Shown here piece after piece: positions 12,705 to 23,217 of a stretch of DNA of 64,000 nt (within the stretch, counting starts at the first letter, position 1; the number at the start of each line of letters is the position of its first letter). The translations under genes and the position numbers were made by a program. The notes below the pieces were generated by a model. That model had not been told where the DNA came from. It was given only the letters and a program-made list of their open reading frames with translations, and did no database searches. Source of the DNA: Prorocentrum cordatum (Eukaryota); the NCBI GenBank assembly GCA_963575745.1, contig CAUYUJ010000174.1:1-64000 (forward strand), written 5' to 3'.

Positions 12705-13659
12705 GAGAACGGGCAGGAGGAGGGGGAGGGAGGAGGAGAATGGGAGAGGATGAGGAGGAGGAGGAGGAGGAGGAAGAGGAGGAGGAGGAGGAGGGCGTCG
12801 GCACGACACTCCAGCCAACAGGCAACAGGAGGAGGAGGAGGAGGAGGAGGAGGAGGAGGTCGCGATGCTGCAGGTCTCGCCCCGCCCCCGCCCCAGCTCA
12901 CAGCCGGGCGCGGGCCAGCCGGCCGTACCGCTTCTTGAGCAGGCAGGACCTGCCGGCAGACGCGCACGGAGCGAGGCCGCGGCCGCGCGGAGGGGCAGAG
13001 AGAGTTTTTGATCCGCGGGTCGAGAGCGCACCTCTTCCGGTCGAGGCTAAGCGGGCCGCGCGACGCTTGAATCAACAAAGAGAGGCAGAGAAAGGTGCCC
13101 GGACCTCCTGCGCATCTCGCCATCGCTCGGACGTCCATTCCAACCACGGTGCAGCTGTTCTGCTGCACGTCGAGGACGGGGCGGCTTCTAAGAGGCCCCC
13201 GCTGCCGTCTCAGACGGGTCCCTCCCCTCGTGCAGCATGCTGGCCGTTGGGCCAACCTCCCCCCAAAAGACTCGTCATCGCTCTGATATCCATTTCCCGT
13301 GCATGTTTCGACTTCGTGCGTTTTTCTTTTTGTCCGCAAGGTGATCCAAGATGTTCCTCGAGGTTCAGCGCCGAGAAAAAATGCACACGTTCGAGCGATG
13401 CCAAAGTATTGACCAACATGCTGAATTGTTTCGCCGACTTTGGCCTCCGGGGTCCCTCACAAGACCACGGGACCGTCATCCGCCACCGTGCCACTGGGCA
13501 CGGAGTGGGCGTGTCCTCAGGCCCTTGGCCCAAGCCTCTGAGCCTCAGTTCTCAGTCCTGAGAAATGTTTCAGGGACCTGGACCCCAATTTCTGAAATCT
13601 CTTGGGGTTTGGCACGTGCCCCCTGCGCTTTCCGGCATCTTGAGGCACGATTTTGTCGG

Positions 13660-15260
13660 GCCCAAGGGGGCCTCGGACGGGCCAAGAGGGCCCAAAGAGG
13701 CACTCCAGACGTTCCAAGATGGCCCCCAGACGCCGAATGATCGTTCCAAGATGTCCAAGATGGCCCGAAGACGGCCCAAGAGGCCGCAAAGGCGCCACAA
13801 GAGGCCTCCAAGAAGACGCCCAAGAGAGCCCCGAGAGGCACAAATCGCTGATTTTCCTAAGGTTTGGCCTTCTCGCCTTTTCGGCTTCTTCTCGACGCTC
13901 CAAGGCGGCCCAAGATGCCCTGTGATCAATCAACAGGGTGCGGCAGATCGAGTGGTCTTCGGCCCATCCCGCCACCGTGCCTCGGTTATGGGTATGAAGC
14001 CTATTGGATCTTCGTTGGGATCTCGTGAAAATCATCTCGGGGGCCTCTTGGAGGCAACTCTGAAGCGGGGGGTGGGGCTGTTTTGGAGCCTCTTGGGGCC
14101 TCTTTTGGGCCTCTTGGGGGCCTCTGGGGCTCCCAAGACCGGCCCAATACCCCAAGGGGGCCAATACGGCCCAAGAGGGCCCCAAGACAGCCCAAGTGGC
14201 GCCCAAGACGGCCCGAGAGGGCTCCAAGACGACCCCAGGAGCGGCCACGAGGGGGACCACGAACCGAACATTCGAGCCTTCCGCCCTAAGAGGGCCCCAG
14301 GAGGCCCCGGAGAGGCCCCGGAGAGGCGCCCAAGAGGCCCAAAAGAGGCTCCGAAACGGCTCCCAAAAGGCGTCCAAACTGCCCCCAAGAGGCCCCCGAG
14401 AGGCCTCCCACGAGACCCCAACGAACATCCAGTAATTAGGCTTCATACCCTCCACAACCCAGGCACGGTGGCGGGATGGACCGAAGGCCATTCGATCCGC
14501 CGTCCCCTGTCGATTCATCGCAGGGGCGCCTGGCGTGCTAGACCCTTTCGGTTTTGGTTTTGGTTGTTTTCCCAAAAGAACCCCCCCTGGGGCTTCGGCC
14601 CGTCCCGCCAGCCACCCGGAAAGATCTTCCAGATTGCCCAGAGGTGGTTACCAAGGGTTTTTTCCTGCTCCAAACGGCTCCAAGACGGCCCGAGATGGCC
14701 TCCAAGACGCCTTCAAGACGGCCAACATGGCCTCCAAGACGGCTCAGATGGCCCCAAGATGCCTCCAAGATGCCCCAAGATGCCTCCAAGACGGCCTAAG
14801 ATAGCCTCAAGATGGGTCAAGACGGCCCAAGAGGCCTCAAGAGCCCCCCAAGACGCCTCCAAGAGGTCCTCAAGGAGAGCCCGAAGAGGCCAAAATCATT
14901 GGTTTTCCTTAGGTTTATGAAGGACTTCAGCATTTGCTTATTTTCGACCTTCCGAAGACCTCAAGACGGCCCAAGAGGCCCCCCAAGATCGCCCCAAAAT
15001 CGCTCACGAGGCCTCCAAGATGGCCCCATGACGGCCCAAGAAGGAAGCTCTCAAGAAGGCCCCAAGACGGCCCCAAGACGGCCCAAGAGGCCTCCAATAC
15101 GCCCAAGATGGCCTCCAAGACGGACCCGAAGCGCCCCAAGTGGGCCCCAAGTCGGTTCAGAGAGGCCCCCCAAGAGAGCCCAAGATAGCCCCAACATGGT
15201 CTCCAAGACGGTTCCAAGATGGTCCAATCGAGCCCAAGAGTCCCTTACGAGGCTCCGAAG
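13660..15260. repeat. Degenerate ~11-bp CCAAGA(C/T)GG minisatellite region
   Basis: Dense ccaagacggc, ccaagatggc and ccaagaggc units. Confidence 0.8.
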
Positions 15261-17986
15261 AGGCATCCTCCCCCTTCGCCTTTTTCCTCCTTCTCAGCCT
15301 CCTCCCCTTCCTCCCCCCCGCGTTCCCCGAAACCTTTCCAAACCGACTCGGGAAACACATGGTCCGATAGATTGGCCAAGCTCTATCTAGCCCAGCTATC
15401 AGACACATAGGCGCTTCCACAAGGGCAGGGGGCGGCGGTGATTCGCCGTAGGCATCTTGGATAAAACGATCCGAGACGAAAAAACCGGTTCGGGGCAGGT
15501 GGTCTGGAGCTCTGGAGACTCCGTGCTGGAAAATCAAACCAGCGGAGACCTGAGGACAGAGACAAGGACAGAGAGGCAGACAGGTGGACAGATAGAGAGA
15601 GGTGGAGGGGCGCAGGCATGCCACGCCGCCGCGGCGAATCCCGCGGAGGAGGCAAGCAGAGGGCCGCCGCTGCCGTGCAGAGGAGGAGAAGGAGGAGGCC
15701 CTGACGCGACGGCGCTGGCAGGCCCACGTTACGGCCCTGGCAGCGCAGAAGAAGGAAGATGAGGACAGGGGGGCAGGAGGAAAATAAGAGAGAGGAGAAA
15801 AGAGAAGAACGCAGAGGAGAAGGAAGAGGAGGAGGACGACGAGGGAGGATGAGGAGAACTTGACGCGACTGCTCCTGCAGGTCTACGTTAATGCTCTTGC
15901 AGCGCAGAAGGAGGAAGAGGAGGACACGAAACAGGAGGAACAGGATAATAAGGAAACAAAAAGAAAGAGGAGGAAGACGAGGATGACGAGGAGGGATGAG
16001 GAGGAAGGGAGGAAAGGGGGGACAGGGACATGGTGCCGGGGGGGAAGAGAGGCCCTGAGATTTGACGCTGCGAGAATTGCAACAGCGCAAAAAAAACACG
16101 ACCGGAGCGGAGCCCTGGACCCTGCTTTCTGCTGCGTTTTTCTGGCCAGATCGATCTGTCGGGCGAAAACACTTTTTTCGTCAGCGGCGAGGCGGCGAAC
16201 TCCGCTCCAGCGAGAAGCTAGATAGGGACACTAAATAGCGAAGTAGCCGGCGAGCAAAGAGGGAAAGGGGGACGGCCGAGGGGAAGAAGGGACGCTCAGA
16301 CGCCGAAGAGTTCGACGACGAGCAGCCGGGGGGGCAGCAGCAGCCAGGCGTGCAGCCGGGCGAAAACACCCATAGCGAACAGAAATGCCACGCCAGGATC
16401 TGGGGGGGGGGGTCGTGCCGCGCCCAGCCCAGAGAAGCTCCCCCGCCCAACCCGCCAGAGGAGGGCTCCAGCCAAACAGCGGTCCCGCCGCAGCCCGCAG
16501 GAGGGAAAACAATAGGAGCACGATGATGATGATGATGATGATGATGGATGATGATGATGTGATGATGATGCTGATGATGATGATGATGATGATGTGATGA
16601 TGATGATGAAGAGGAGGGAGGAGGAGGAGGAGGAGGAGGAGAGTGAGGAGGAGGAGGAGGATAAGAAAAGAGGAGGAGAGAGGAGAAAGGAGGAGGATGG
16701 AGGAGGAGGCGGAGGAGGAGGAGGAGGAGGAGGAGGCGGAGGAGGAGGAGGAGGAGGAGGAGGAGGAGGGGAGGAGGAGGAGGAGGTAAGGGAGGAGGAG
16801 GAGGAGGGAGGAGAGGAGGAGGAGACGGAGAACCCCTCGCCCAACCCGCAGAGGGGGGCTCCAGCCAACAGCCGGTCCCAGCCGCCGCCCACTGCGTTCG
16901 CCCAAGAGGAGGAGGGGGACAACAGGACCAGGATGAGGAGGAGAAGGAAGATGGGAGAAGAGGAAGTCGAGGACGAGGAGGGGAGGCGGAGGAGGAGGAG
17001 TAGGAGTAGGAGGTAGGAGAGGAGGAGAGGAGGAGGAGGAGGAGGGAGGAGGAGGAGGAGGTAGGAGGAGGAGGAGAGGAGGAGGAGGAGGAGGAGGAGG
17101 GAGGAGGAGCAGGAGGAGGAGAGGAGGAGGAGGAGGAGGAGGAGGAGGAGGAGGAGGACGACGAGGACGAGACGAGGAGGAGGAGAAGGAGGAGCGAGGA
17201 GGAGGAGGGAGGAGGATGAGGAAGGAGGAGGAGGAGGAGGAGGAGGAGGAGGAGGAGGCAGGAGAGGAGGAGAGGAGAAGGAGGGAGGAGGAGGAGAGGA
17301 GGCGGAGAAGGAGGAGGAGAGGTGAAGACGCAGGAGGAGGGAGGGGGGAAGTGAGGAGGACGAGGCGAGGGAACCCCGAGGGACCGAGGAGGAGGAGGAG
17401 GAGGAGGAGGAGTAGGAGGAGGAGGAGGAGGAGGAGGAGGAGGAGGAGGAGGAGGAGGAGGAGGAGAGGGAGAAAGCCAGGAGGAGGAAGAGGGCCGAGG
17501 ACGAGGCCGAGGAGGAGGAGGAGGAGGAGGAGGAGGAGGAGCAGCAGGAGAAGGATGAGGAGGAGGAAGGGGCGAGGACGAGGGCGAGGAGGCCCAGCGC
17601 AATCGCGCCCACGCCGTGAGCGGGCGCCTCGCCGTCCCCTCGGTGTGCATCCGAGGTGTGCGCCTGGCAGGGAAGCCGCTGGCCCCGCAGCGCGGGCACG
17701 GTGGCGGGTTGGGCCGCCGGGCCCTACGGATGCATACCGCTCTCCTGCGCGGCGGTGCGCGATGTGCGGGGCCCTCGGAAGCGGCACTCCCCGTGCTCTG
17801 CCTCCTCCCACCTGCTCCTCCTGCTCCTCCTCCTCCTCCTCCTCCCTCCTCCTCCCCCTCCTCCTCCTCCTCCTCCTCCTCCTCCCTCCTCCTCCTCCTC
17901 CACCTCCTCCTCCTCCTCCTCCTCCTCCTCCTCCCCCCTCCTCTTCCTCCTCCTCCTCCTCCTCTTTCTCCTCCTCCTCCTCCTTC

Positions 17987-18161
17987 TGCAAAACCCCGAG
18001 GAGGGTTCTGCGCGGGAGCCTGGCAACAATGATAACGATTGGTCACCTTTATACTCCCGAACGGCAAAGCAGGTCTATGTAGCTTCGACCGTTAAACACT
18101 TGAGCCAAAGGCAGCAGGGTTACTATTCCTCCCCTGTCACACGCACGCTTGCATGTTAACA
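17987..18161 (-). repeat. 3' LTR (175 bp)
   Basis: tgcaaaaccccgag...gcatgttaaca, matching 28556-28730 except at two positions. Confidence 0.95.
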
Positions 18162-18169
18162 CCCCCCTC
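18162..18169 (-). promoter_or_regulatory. Polypurine tract
   Basis: Minus strand reads GAGGGGGG immediately before the TGTTAAC start of the 3' LTR. Confidence 0.85.
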
Positions 18170-18568
18170 GGACGCTAGTCCGCATTGGCTGACGGGGAGG
18201 TGCCTATAAACGCAAAGACAGGTTAAATCAAGCAACAGGCTGCATGGACATCGTTATAATACCGAATTCGAAATATCTCATAACAACGTTCACGAGCACC
18301 ACGTCTCTCAGACATGCAACGTGAGCTCAAGTAAACATTCAATCAGTTACGAAATTAAATGTAGCATCCAAAGTTCACACGGCAGGCTAGCATTTATATG
18401 GTTTTGATTGCTTTCGCTTTTTATGCGCCAATACCTGCGGTAACTATAAAAGATGCACATGCAAATAGATTCAGCTCAATAGTCTACTGCAACGCTGTTG
18501 TTAAGCCTGGTTGAGAGGGGAGATGAGAGAGAGCGTAAAAGAAAAGCATGCCGGTCGCCTGTCACCGT

Positions 18569-21019
18569 TTACGAGCGGCGCGGGCGCCTCACTGACGGAG
18601 CACGCGCGCCTCTGGACTTCGGTAAACCACGGTGCCCCACGCTGGCCGCCGTATAGGACGACACCCTGTTAAGGGCCTGCGTCGGGCTGTAATAGTCGGT
18701 GTCCAGGTACGCGTTAATGCGCTCCTCGTCGTCCAGCCAGCACCCCTCGTCAAAGCTCTTGGTGGACCCGTCAACAATGTTGTGGTAAGTGCCGATGGCC
18801 CTCCAGTAACTGGCGTGGGGAGCCTTCAGCAGAGGTTTACCACCTGGATTGTTGCGGAGGTGCTCTTCGACCGCAACTCCGGTAAACGGGTTCACAGTCC
18901 AGGCCGGGTCGGTAAGCCAGTTGGGGAAGTCGTCGCACGGCAACCATCCAAACCAACAGAGCTTCTCGCGGTGGTCACTTTTACGCTCGGTGATGTGATC
19001 GGCAGGCCAGTTGTCACGGTAAAGTGCCCTCATGGACCCCTGATCGTTAAGAGCGACGTCTAGGATGGTCTGGTGCCAGTAAACCGGAGGCTTGTTGATG
19101 CTGCCCTTTAACTCCTCGGCGCTCCTGACCTCGAGATCCTCGATGAAGTAGTTGCGGTAATACACCTGGAGCCCGTTCATGTAACGGCAATAGAGCTTGG
19201 CAAGGTCGTGCGTCGCAAACCTGATCACGGTAACCCCAGTTGAGATGTAACCGCGCGGTCCGTAAGTGTCTTCCACCAGGTGCTTAACGGAGACCACGGC
19301 GGGGTTGCCGTGGGGCAGCATCCCGGCCCACGTTAGCAGAAGGCCGTTAAGCTGCTTCTCGTTCATTTCTGGTGCCTTGTTGACGTAGACCTGTGTATCT
19401 GGGCAGCTGTGAACGTCGAACCACACTGGGTGGAGATCGTTAACGTGGATCGGCGGCACGTACTCGTCGTCGAACAGGGATTGTACGTGCCCGACCGCGT
19501 CAACCCACTCGTCGTGCTTGGCCAGCTCCTTCTCCGTCAACTGAGATCTCCAGCTGCACGGGCCCTTCAACACTGAGTAACCGAGGAAGCCGTAAGCGTG
19601 CTGCCCGTAAATGTCGACGAACACCTCATCGTAGTCGTTAAGCTCCCGCCCCGCGTTGCCCTGAATAGACCGACCACCTGGAGTCGTTAACCCCTCTTTT
19701 GCCACATGTCCGACGAAGTTGCCTTCGAACCTGCGCCAGTTGTCGCGCGTCTTCATCGTTAACGCGACTACTTCCCTGGGGTCGGGCTCCACCTTGTAGT
19801 TGACGTCGTGGTCCTCGCTCCTGTCGTTCACCATGGGCATGCGGCCGTTGACATGGTACAGTGGGCGGTACATGCCCCTGGCAACGTTCCGCGAGTACGC
19901 CGCAAGCTGCTCGTCTGTACGGTTAACAGCTTGAGGCTGCGGTGGAGGAACGCGCTGGGTCGATAACTTCTTGGGCACCGGAGGCGGGGGATTCATGCCG
20001 CTATCACTGCTCGATGCACCTGACTCGCCAAGGCCTGGAGGAGGCGGCTTGGGCGCCCTCACGTTCACCACCGGGGCAGGACCTTTTGGTACTTCGTCAC
20101 GTTGACTGCCCTGTGCGCGATCTTCATCCATCTTCATTCCCAGCTGCAGTAACTCTTCCAGTTCCCGTTTACGCTCATGCATGGCCTTGGGTGCTTTCTT
20201 GTAAACAGGTTGAGGTGACGTTGACTGCGGGATCTTATTCGGCGACACGGATCGACCGAACCCTCCGGTCTTGGGCGTGGCGCCGGTAAAGCCCTGAGCC
20301 GGGGGTGCACCCGATGCCGCGGCAGCTCGGGCTAGAGGCTTGCTGGCCTCGGCCGCCGCGTTGACTGCAGTGGGAGGCGCCTTGGCGGCCACTGCCGTTG
20401 GGGGCTGCTCGGGTAACGGCGGAGGAACCTGCGGGATGTTGGTAACCGGGGAGTTGATCGGGTCATGCAAGAACCTCTGTAATCCTTCGAGCCTCTCTGT
20501 TACTGCCACCAACAGGCGCAGTGCCGCATCACGTTTACCCTCGAAGTCCTGCAGGGGCGTGTTCTCGGTAAGGCGCTTGGCGGTGTTCAGGAGGTAACCA
20601 ATGTTGTCGTTGATGCGCCTATACTTGGTTGCATTCTCCTCCGTGTTAACTCCCGAGTCACGATTCTGAATGTTCAGGTCCGTAATCGTCGCCATCAGAG
20701 CGTTAATCTCCGCCTGCGCCCTTTGGAGATTCTCGTTGACGTCGTCACTGTCCTGGATCAGCGCCTCGTTCTGCCGCGTTAATTCCTCGATCCTCTTCGC
20801 CATGTCATCCGCGGCCCTTTGCACCTCGTCAACGTGTTTGTCGTAGGCTCCGTGGAAGTTGATCGCCATGTTAGTGAGGGTTACGGTAAACGCGTGAGCA
20901 ACGTGCACCATGTCGTCAACACGGCGGTTGAGGTTCTCACGCGTAACCGGTCCATCCCCAGCCGGGCTCTGGTCGACCATGGAGCCGTTAATGGTGAGGT
21001 TGACCTGAGGAGCCGCCAT
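18569..21019 (-). CDS. Retrotransposon ORF3 of unknown function: coiled coil, Pro/Ala linker and RRM-like C-terminal region
   Basis: Uninterrupted ORF (track 18569-21136; likely start MAAPQVNL at 21019). The N-terminus is heptad-rich. It contains RNP2-like QVYVNKAP, RNP1-like STGVTVIRF and AKLYCRYMNG. Confidence 0.8.
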   Translation of the reverse strand: MAAPQVNLTINGSMVDQSPAGDGPVTRENLNRRVDDMVHVAHAFTVTLTNMAINFHGAYDKHVDEVQRAADDMAKRIEELTRQNEALIQDSDDVNENLQRAQAEINALMATITDLNIQNRDSGVNTEENATKYRRINDNIGYLLNTAKRLTENTPLQDFEGKRDAALRLLVAVTERLEGLQRFLHDPINSPVTNIPQVPPPLPEQPPTAVAAKAPPTAVNAAAEASKPLARAAAASGAPPAQGFTGATPKTGGFGRSVSPNKIPQSTSPQPVYKKAPKAMHERKRELEELLQLGMKMDEDRAQGSQRDEVPKGPAPVVNVRAPKPPPPGLGESGASSSDSGMNPPPPVPKKLSTQRVPPPQPQAVNRTDEQLAAYSRNVARGMYRPLYHVNGRMPMVNDRSEDHDVNYKVEPDPREVVALTMKTRDNWRRFEGNFVGHVAKEGLTTPGGRSIQGNAGRELNDYDEVFVDIYGQHAYGFLGYSVLKGPCSWRSQLTEKELAKHDEWVDAVGHVQSLFDDEYVPPIHVNDLHPVWFDVHSCPDTQVYVNKAPEMNEKQLNGLLLTWAGMLPHGNPAVVSVKHLVEDTYGPRGYISTGVTVIRFATHDLAKLYCRYMNGLQVYYRNYFIEDLEVRSAEELKGSINKPPVYWHQTILDVALNDQGSMRALYRDNWPADHITERKSDHREKLCWFGWLPCDDFPNWLTDPAWTVNPFTGVAVEEHLRNNPGGKPLLKAPHASYWRAIGTYHNIVDGSTKSFDEGCWLDDEERINAYLDTDYYSPTQALNRVSSYTAASVGHRGLPKSRGARAPSVRRPRRS

Positions 21020-21107
21020 GCCTTCGTTCACGCCCAAGAGTAAGAGGTAATGGGTGGAGAAGGCCTTTAATAGCTGCAGTTTGCTTGACAGAAATGAGCT
21101 GCGAACA

Positions 21108-23198
21108 TCAACATTCGGTAGCTGGCGCAAGCTCATGCCTACCTGTTAATGCACATTGATTCGTGTTTCGTAGATGTGTGCTCATGCTTTCACGACTGAC
21201 ATACTTGGTCAACGCATCCGCTGCATTCTCATGTGTCCCTACTTTCACAATACGAATCACTCCCTCCTTAACTTTCTGCTGTAACCACAATTGACACACC
21301 TCGATATGTCTTACTTTCCCCAAGCCTCGTCTGCTCGCAATGGCAATCGCAGCCGTGGCGTCGCTCTTCACTGTAATCTCAACTTCCAAGTTAAAGTCTC
21401 TTAATACTGCCTGAAGTCCTAAACCCACTGATCCTCCTTTCACAAGTCCATAATACTCTGCTTCACCTGACGATAATGCGATGACACTCTGAGTCGTGCT
21501 CCAAGATTTTATGAGATGTTTACCCCACATTACTACTCCTCCACTCGTAGACTTCCTCGTTCGCTTACATCCTGCGTAATCCGTGTCGGTCCAAATAGTT
21601 AATTCTTGGGGCTGCTCCTGATATTGATACACATAGCTGCTTCTGCTGTGGTACTTCAAATACTTTCCTAACTTGACTAAACCCTTCCAAGAACTCATCG
21701 TTGGCTTTGACATGGTCCTAGCGAGTTCCTTCACATAATACTGTATGTCAGACCTGTCCTGAGCTAAGTAGTTTGCTCTGGCCGTCAACGCTTGATATAT
21801 TTTAGTCATGTTGGGCGAAAGTTCTACCTCATCTCCCTCTTCAACTGGAATTCGCTCACCTGGCACTTCAGTCCTCACTTTTACTCCTTCTAGCTCAAGC
21901 TCTTTCACAATTATCTCTGCATGCCTTTGATCTGCCTCATACCTCAATCCTTCCTTCGTCCATTCCACAATCCTGTTCAGAATTCTGATCGCCTTCATGT
22001 CCTCCTTCCCTGGTCCAAGTCGTCCTCTCACCTTCACTTCAAACTCCTCCTTAATTTTATTTTCAAACCAGTCGAGATCATGATCACCTCCTAACAGCGT
22101 GAAATCATCTCCATGAACTGTTAACCATAACGCTCGACTCTCATGCTTGAACACGCATGGTGACGCAATTCCGCTCTTGAACCCAGCCTCGTTAGCAAAG
22201 TCCATGTAACAGTCTTCCCAGTTGCTCGCAGCGTCTCTGGTTCCGTACATTGATTTTAACAGTTTTCCGCACATGCCTGGTTCATAGTCTTCGTCTGGTA
22301 ACCTGATAAATATGTCTTTCTTTGCTGGAGCGTAAAAGTAAGTTCGTTTGATGTCAACGAATGCTAACTTTAATCCTTTCTCACGCTCACCGTTCGTGAA
22401 TCCAACTCCCTCGGTAACTGCCATTGAGAAAAGCAGTTTTTGTGCCTCCAGTGGAGGTGTAGCTGCGAATATGTTCTTTTCTTTGGAATTGTATTTAACC
22501 TGCTGGGCTACCAGCCTTGATCTGTGGTCTGGGCTTAACTCATCTCCTTTGTTGATGTCTATCCATCTGGTTCCGATGGGCGCCTTCCCCGTGATTTGCC
22601 AACGCACTTCCTCCCTCACTTTCTCGTAAACTTTGTGTTTTCTGAATTGTTCCATTTCTTCTTGACGTGCTTTTACAGTCAATTTAGGGTCGAGCTCGTT
22701 TCCTGTGACATCATCCCAAGCTTGAGTAATCTCTCCATTTTCTCTGTGGACAACGTTGATCGTGTTCATTGGGAGAGGGTTAACTGTACCAGTTCTTTCG
22801 CACGCCGCACATGTGCTAGGCGCCTTGAGCCATCCCTCATGCTCACATGCACAGCACTTCCACCTGTGTGGAGCAATTTCGCCGACAGCTTCATACGTAA
22901 AGGTGGTGGAAGTGTTAACTGGTCCCTTCTTAAACATTCTCCTTCTCTCTTTCCCTGTGATCTCGTTCACAGGCCTGTCCTCGATAATCTTCCCGGTGTC
23001 TATGTCAGCGGTAATTCTCCTAATGCATGAACTCCATTGCGGTCCACTTGGCCCCGGCAGCATTAATCTTTGTGTTCCATAATCTCTCCTCGTCCACGTT
23101 AACTGGTGCTTGTGCTTCCTATCTTCGTTCTCATGTTCACATGCCCAGTTAATCTCGCTTATCTGCGCCTCACTTTGTTGTTCTTCTTCGACTTCCAT
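21108..23198 (-). CDS. pol: copia reverse transcriptase + RNase H
   Basis: RT motifs TRWIDINKG, RSRLVAQ, DIKRTYF, KSMYGTRDA and VHGDDF. RNase H motifs TDTDYAGC, RKSTSGG, SSGEAEYY, SDATAA and ADALTK. Confidence 0.95.
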   Translation of the reverse strand: MEVEEEQQSEAQISEINWACEHENEDRKHKHQLTWTRRDYGTQRLMLPGPSGPQWSSCIRRITADIDTGKIIEDRPVNEITGKERRRMFKKGPVNTSTTFTYEAVGEIAPHRWKCCACEHEGWLKAPSTCAACERTGTVNPLPMNTINVVHRENGEITQAWDDVTGNELDPKLTVKARQEEMEQFRKHKVYEKVREEVRWQITGKAPIGTRWIDINKGDELSPDHRSRLVAQQVKYNSKEKNIFAATPPLEAQKLLFSMAVTEGVGFTNGEREKGLKLAFVDIKRTYFYAPAKKDIFIRLPDEDYEPGMCGKLLKSMYGTRDAASNWEDCYMDFANEAGFKSGIASPCVFKHESRALWLTVHGDDFTLLGGDHDLDWFENKIKEEFEVKVRGRLGPGKEDMKAIRILNRIVEWTKEGLRYEADQRHAEIIVKELELEGVKVRTEVPGERIPVEEGDEVELSPNMTKIYQALTARANYLAQDRSDIQYYVKELARTMSKPTMSSWKGLVKLGKYLKYHSRSSYVYQYQEQPQELTIWTDTDYAGCKRTRKSTSGGVVMWGKHLIKSWSTTQSVIALSSGEAEYYGLVKGGSVGLGLQAVLRDFNLEVEITVKSDATAAIAIASRRGLGKVRHIEVCQLWLQQKVKEGVIRIVKVGTHENAADALTKYVSRESMSTHLRNTNQCALTGRHELAPATEC

Positions 23199-23217
23199 GT
23201 TCGCTACTTCTTCTTCT

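Noticed and set aside
13100..13200. Exon-like GC-rich islands (also ~6590-6655, ~16280-16370, ~30740-30870, ~32455-32510, ~61278-61340)
   Set aside because: They may be exons of another host gene, but they show no recognisable homology or consistent splice chain.
13517..15390. Long ORFs on both strands (352 aa, 451 aa)
   Set aside because: They arise from the CCAAGA-based minisatellite.
17982..17986. Target site duplication of the LTR element (ccttc versus cctcc at 28731-28735)
   Set aside because: There is one mismatch and both flanks are CCT microsatellite, so it is uninformative.
2620..17990. Long poly-P/E/R/G/S/L/V/T ORFs, with others elsewhere in the window
   Set aside because: They are translations of (GAG/CCT)n, (TAG)n and (GGT)n microsatellites that are open in several frames, with no protein-like sequence.
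18569..21136. ORF3 as a retroviral env
   Set aside because: No convincing signal peptide or transmembrane helix from the likely start at 21019.
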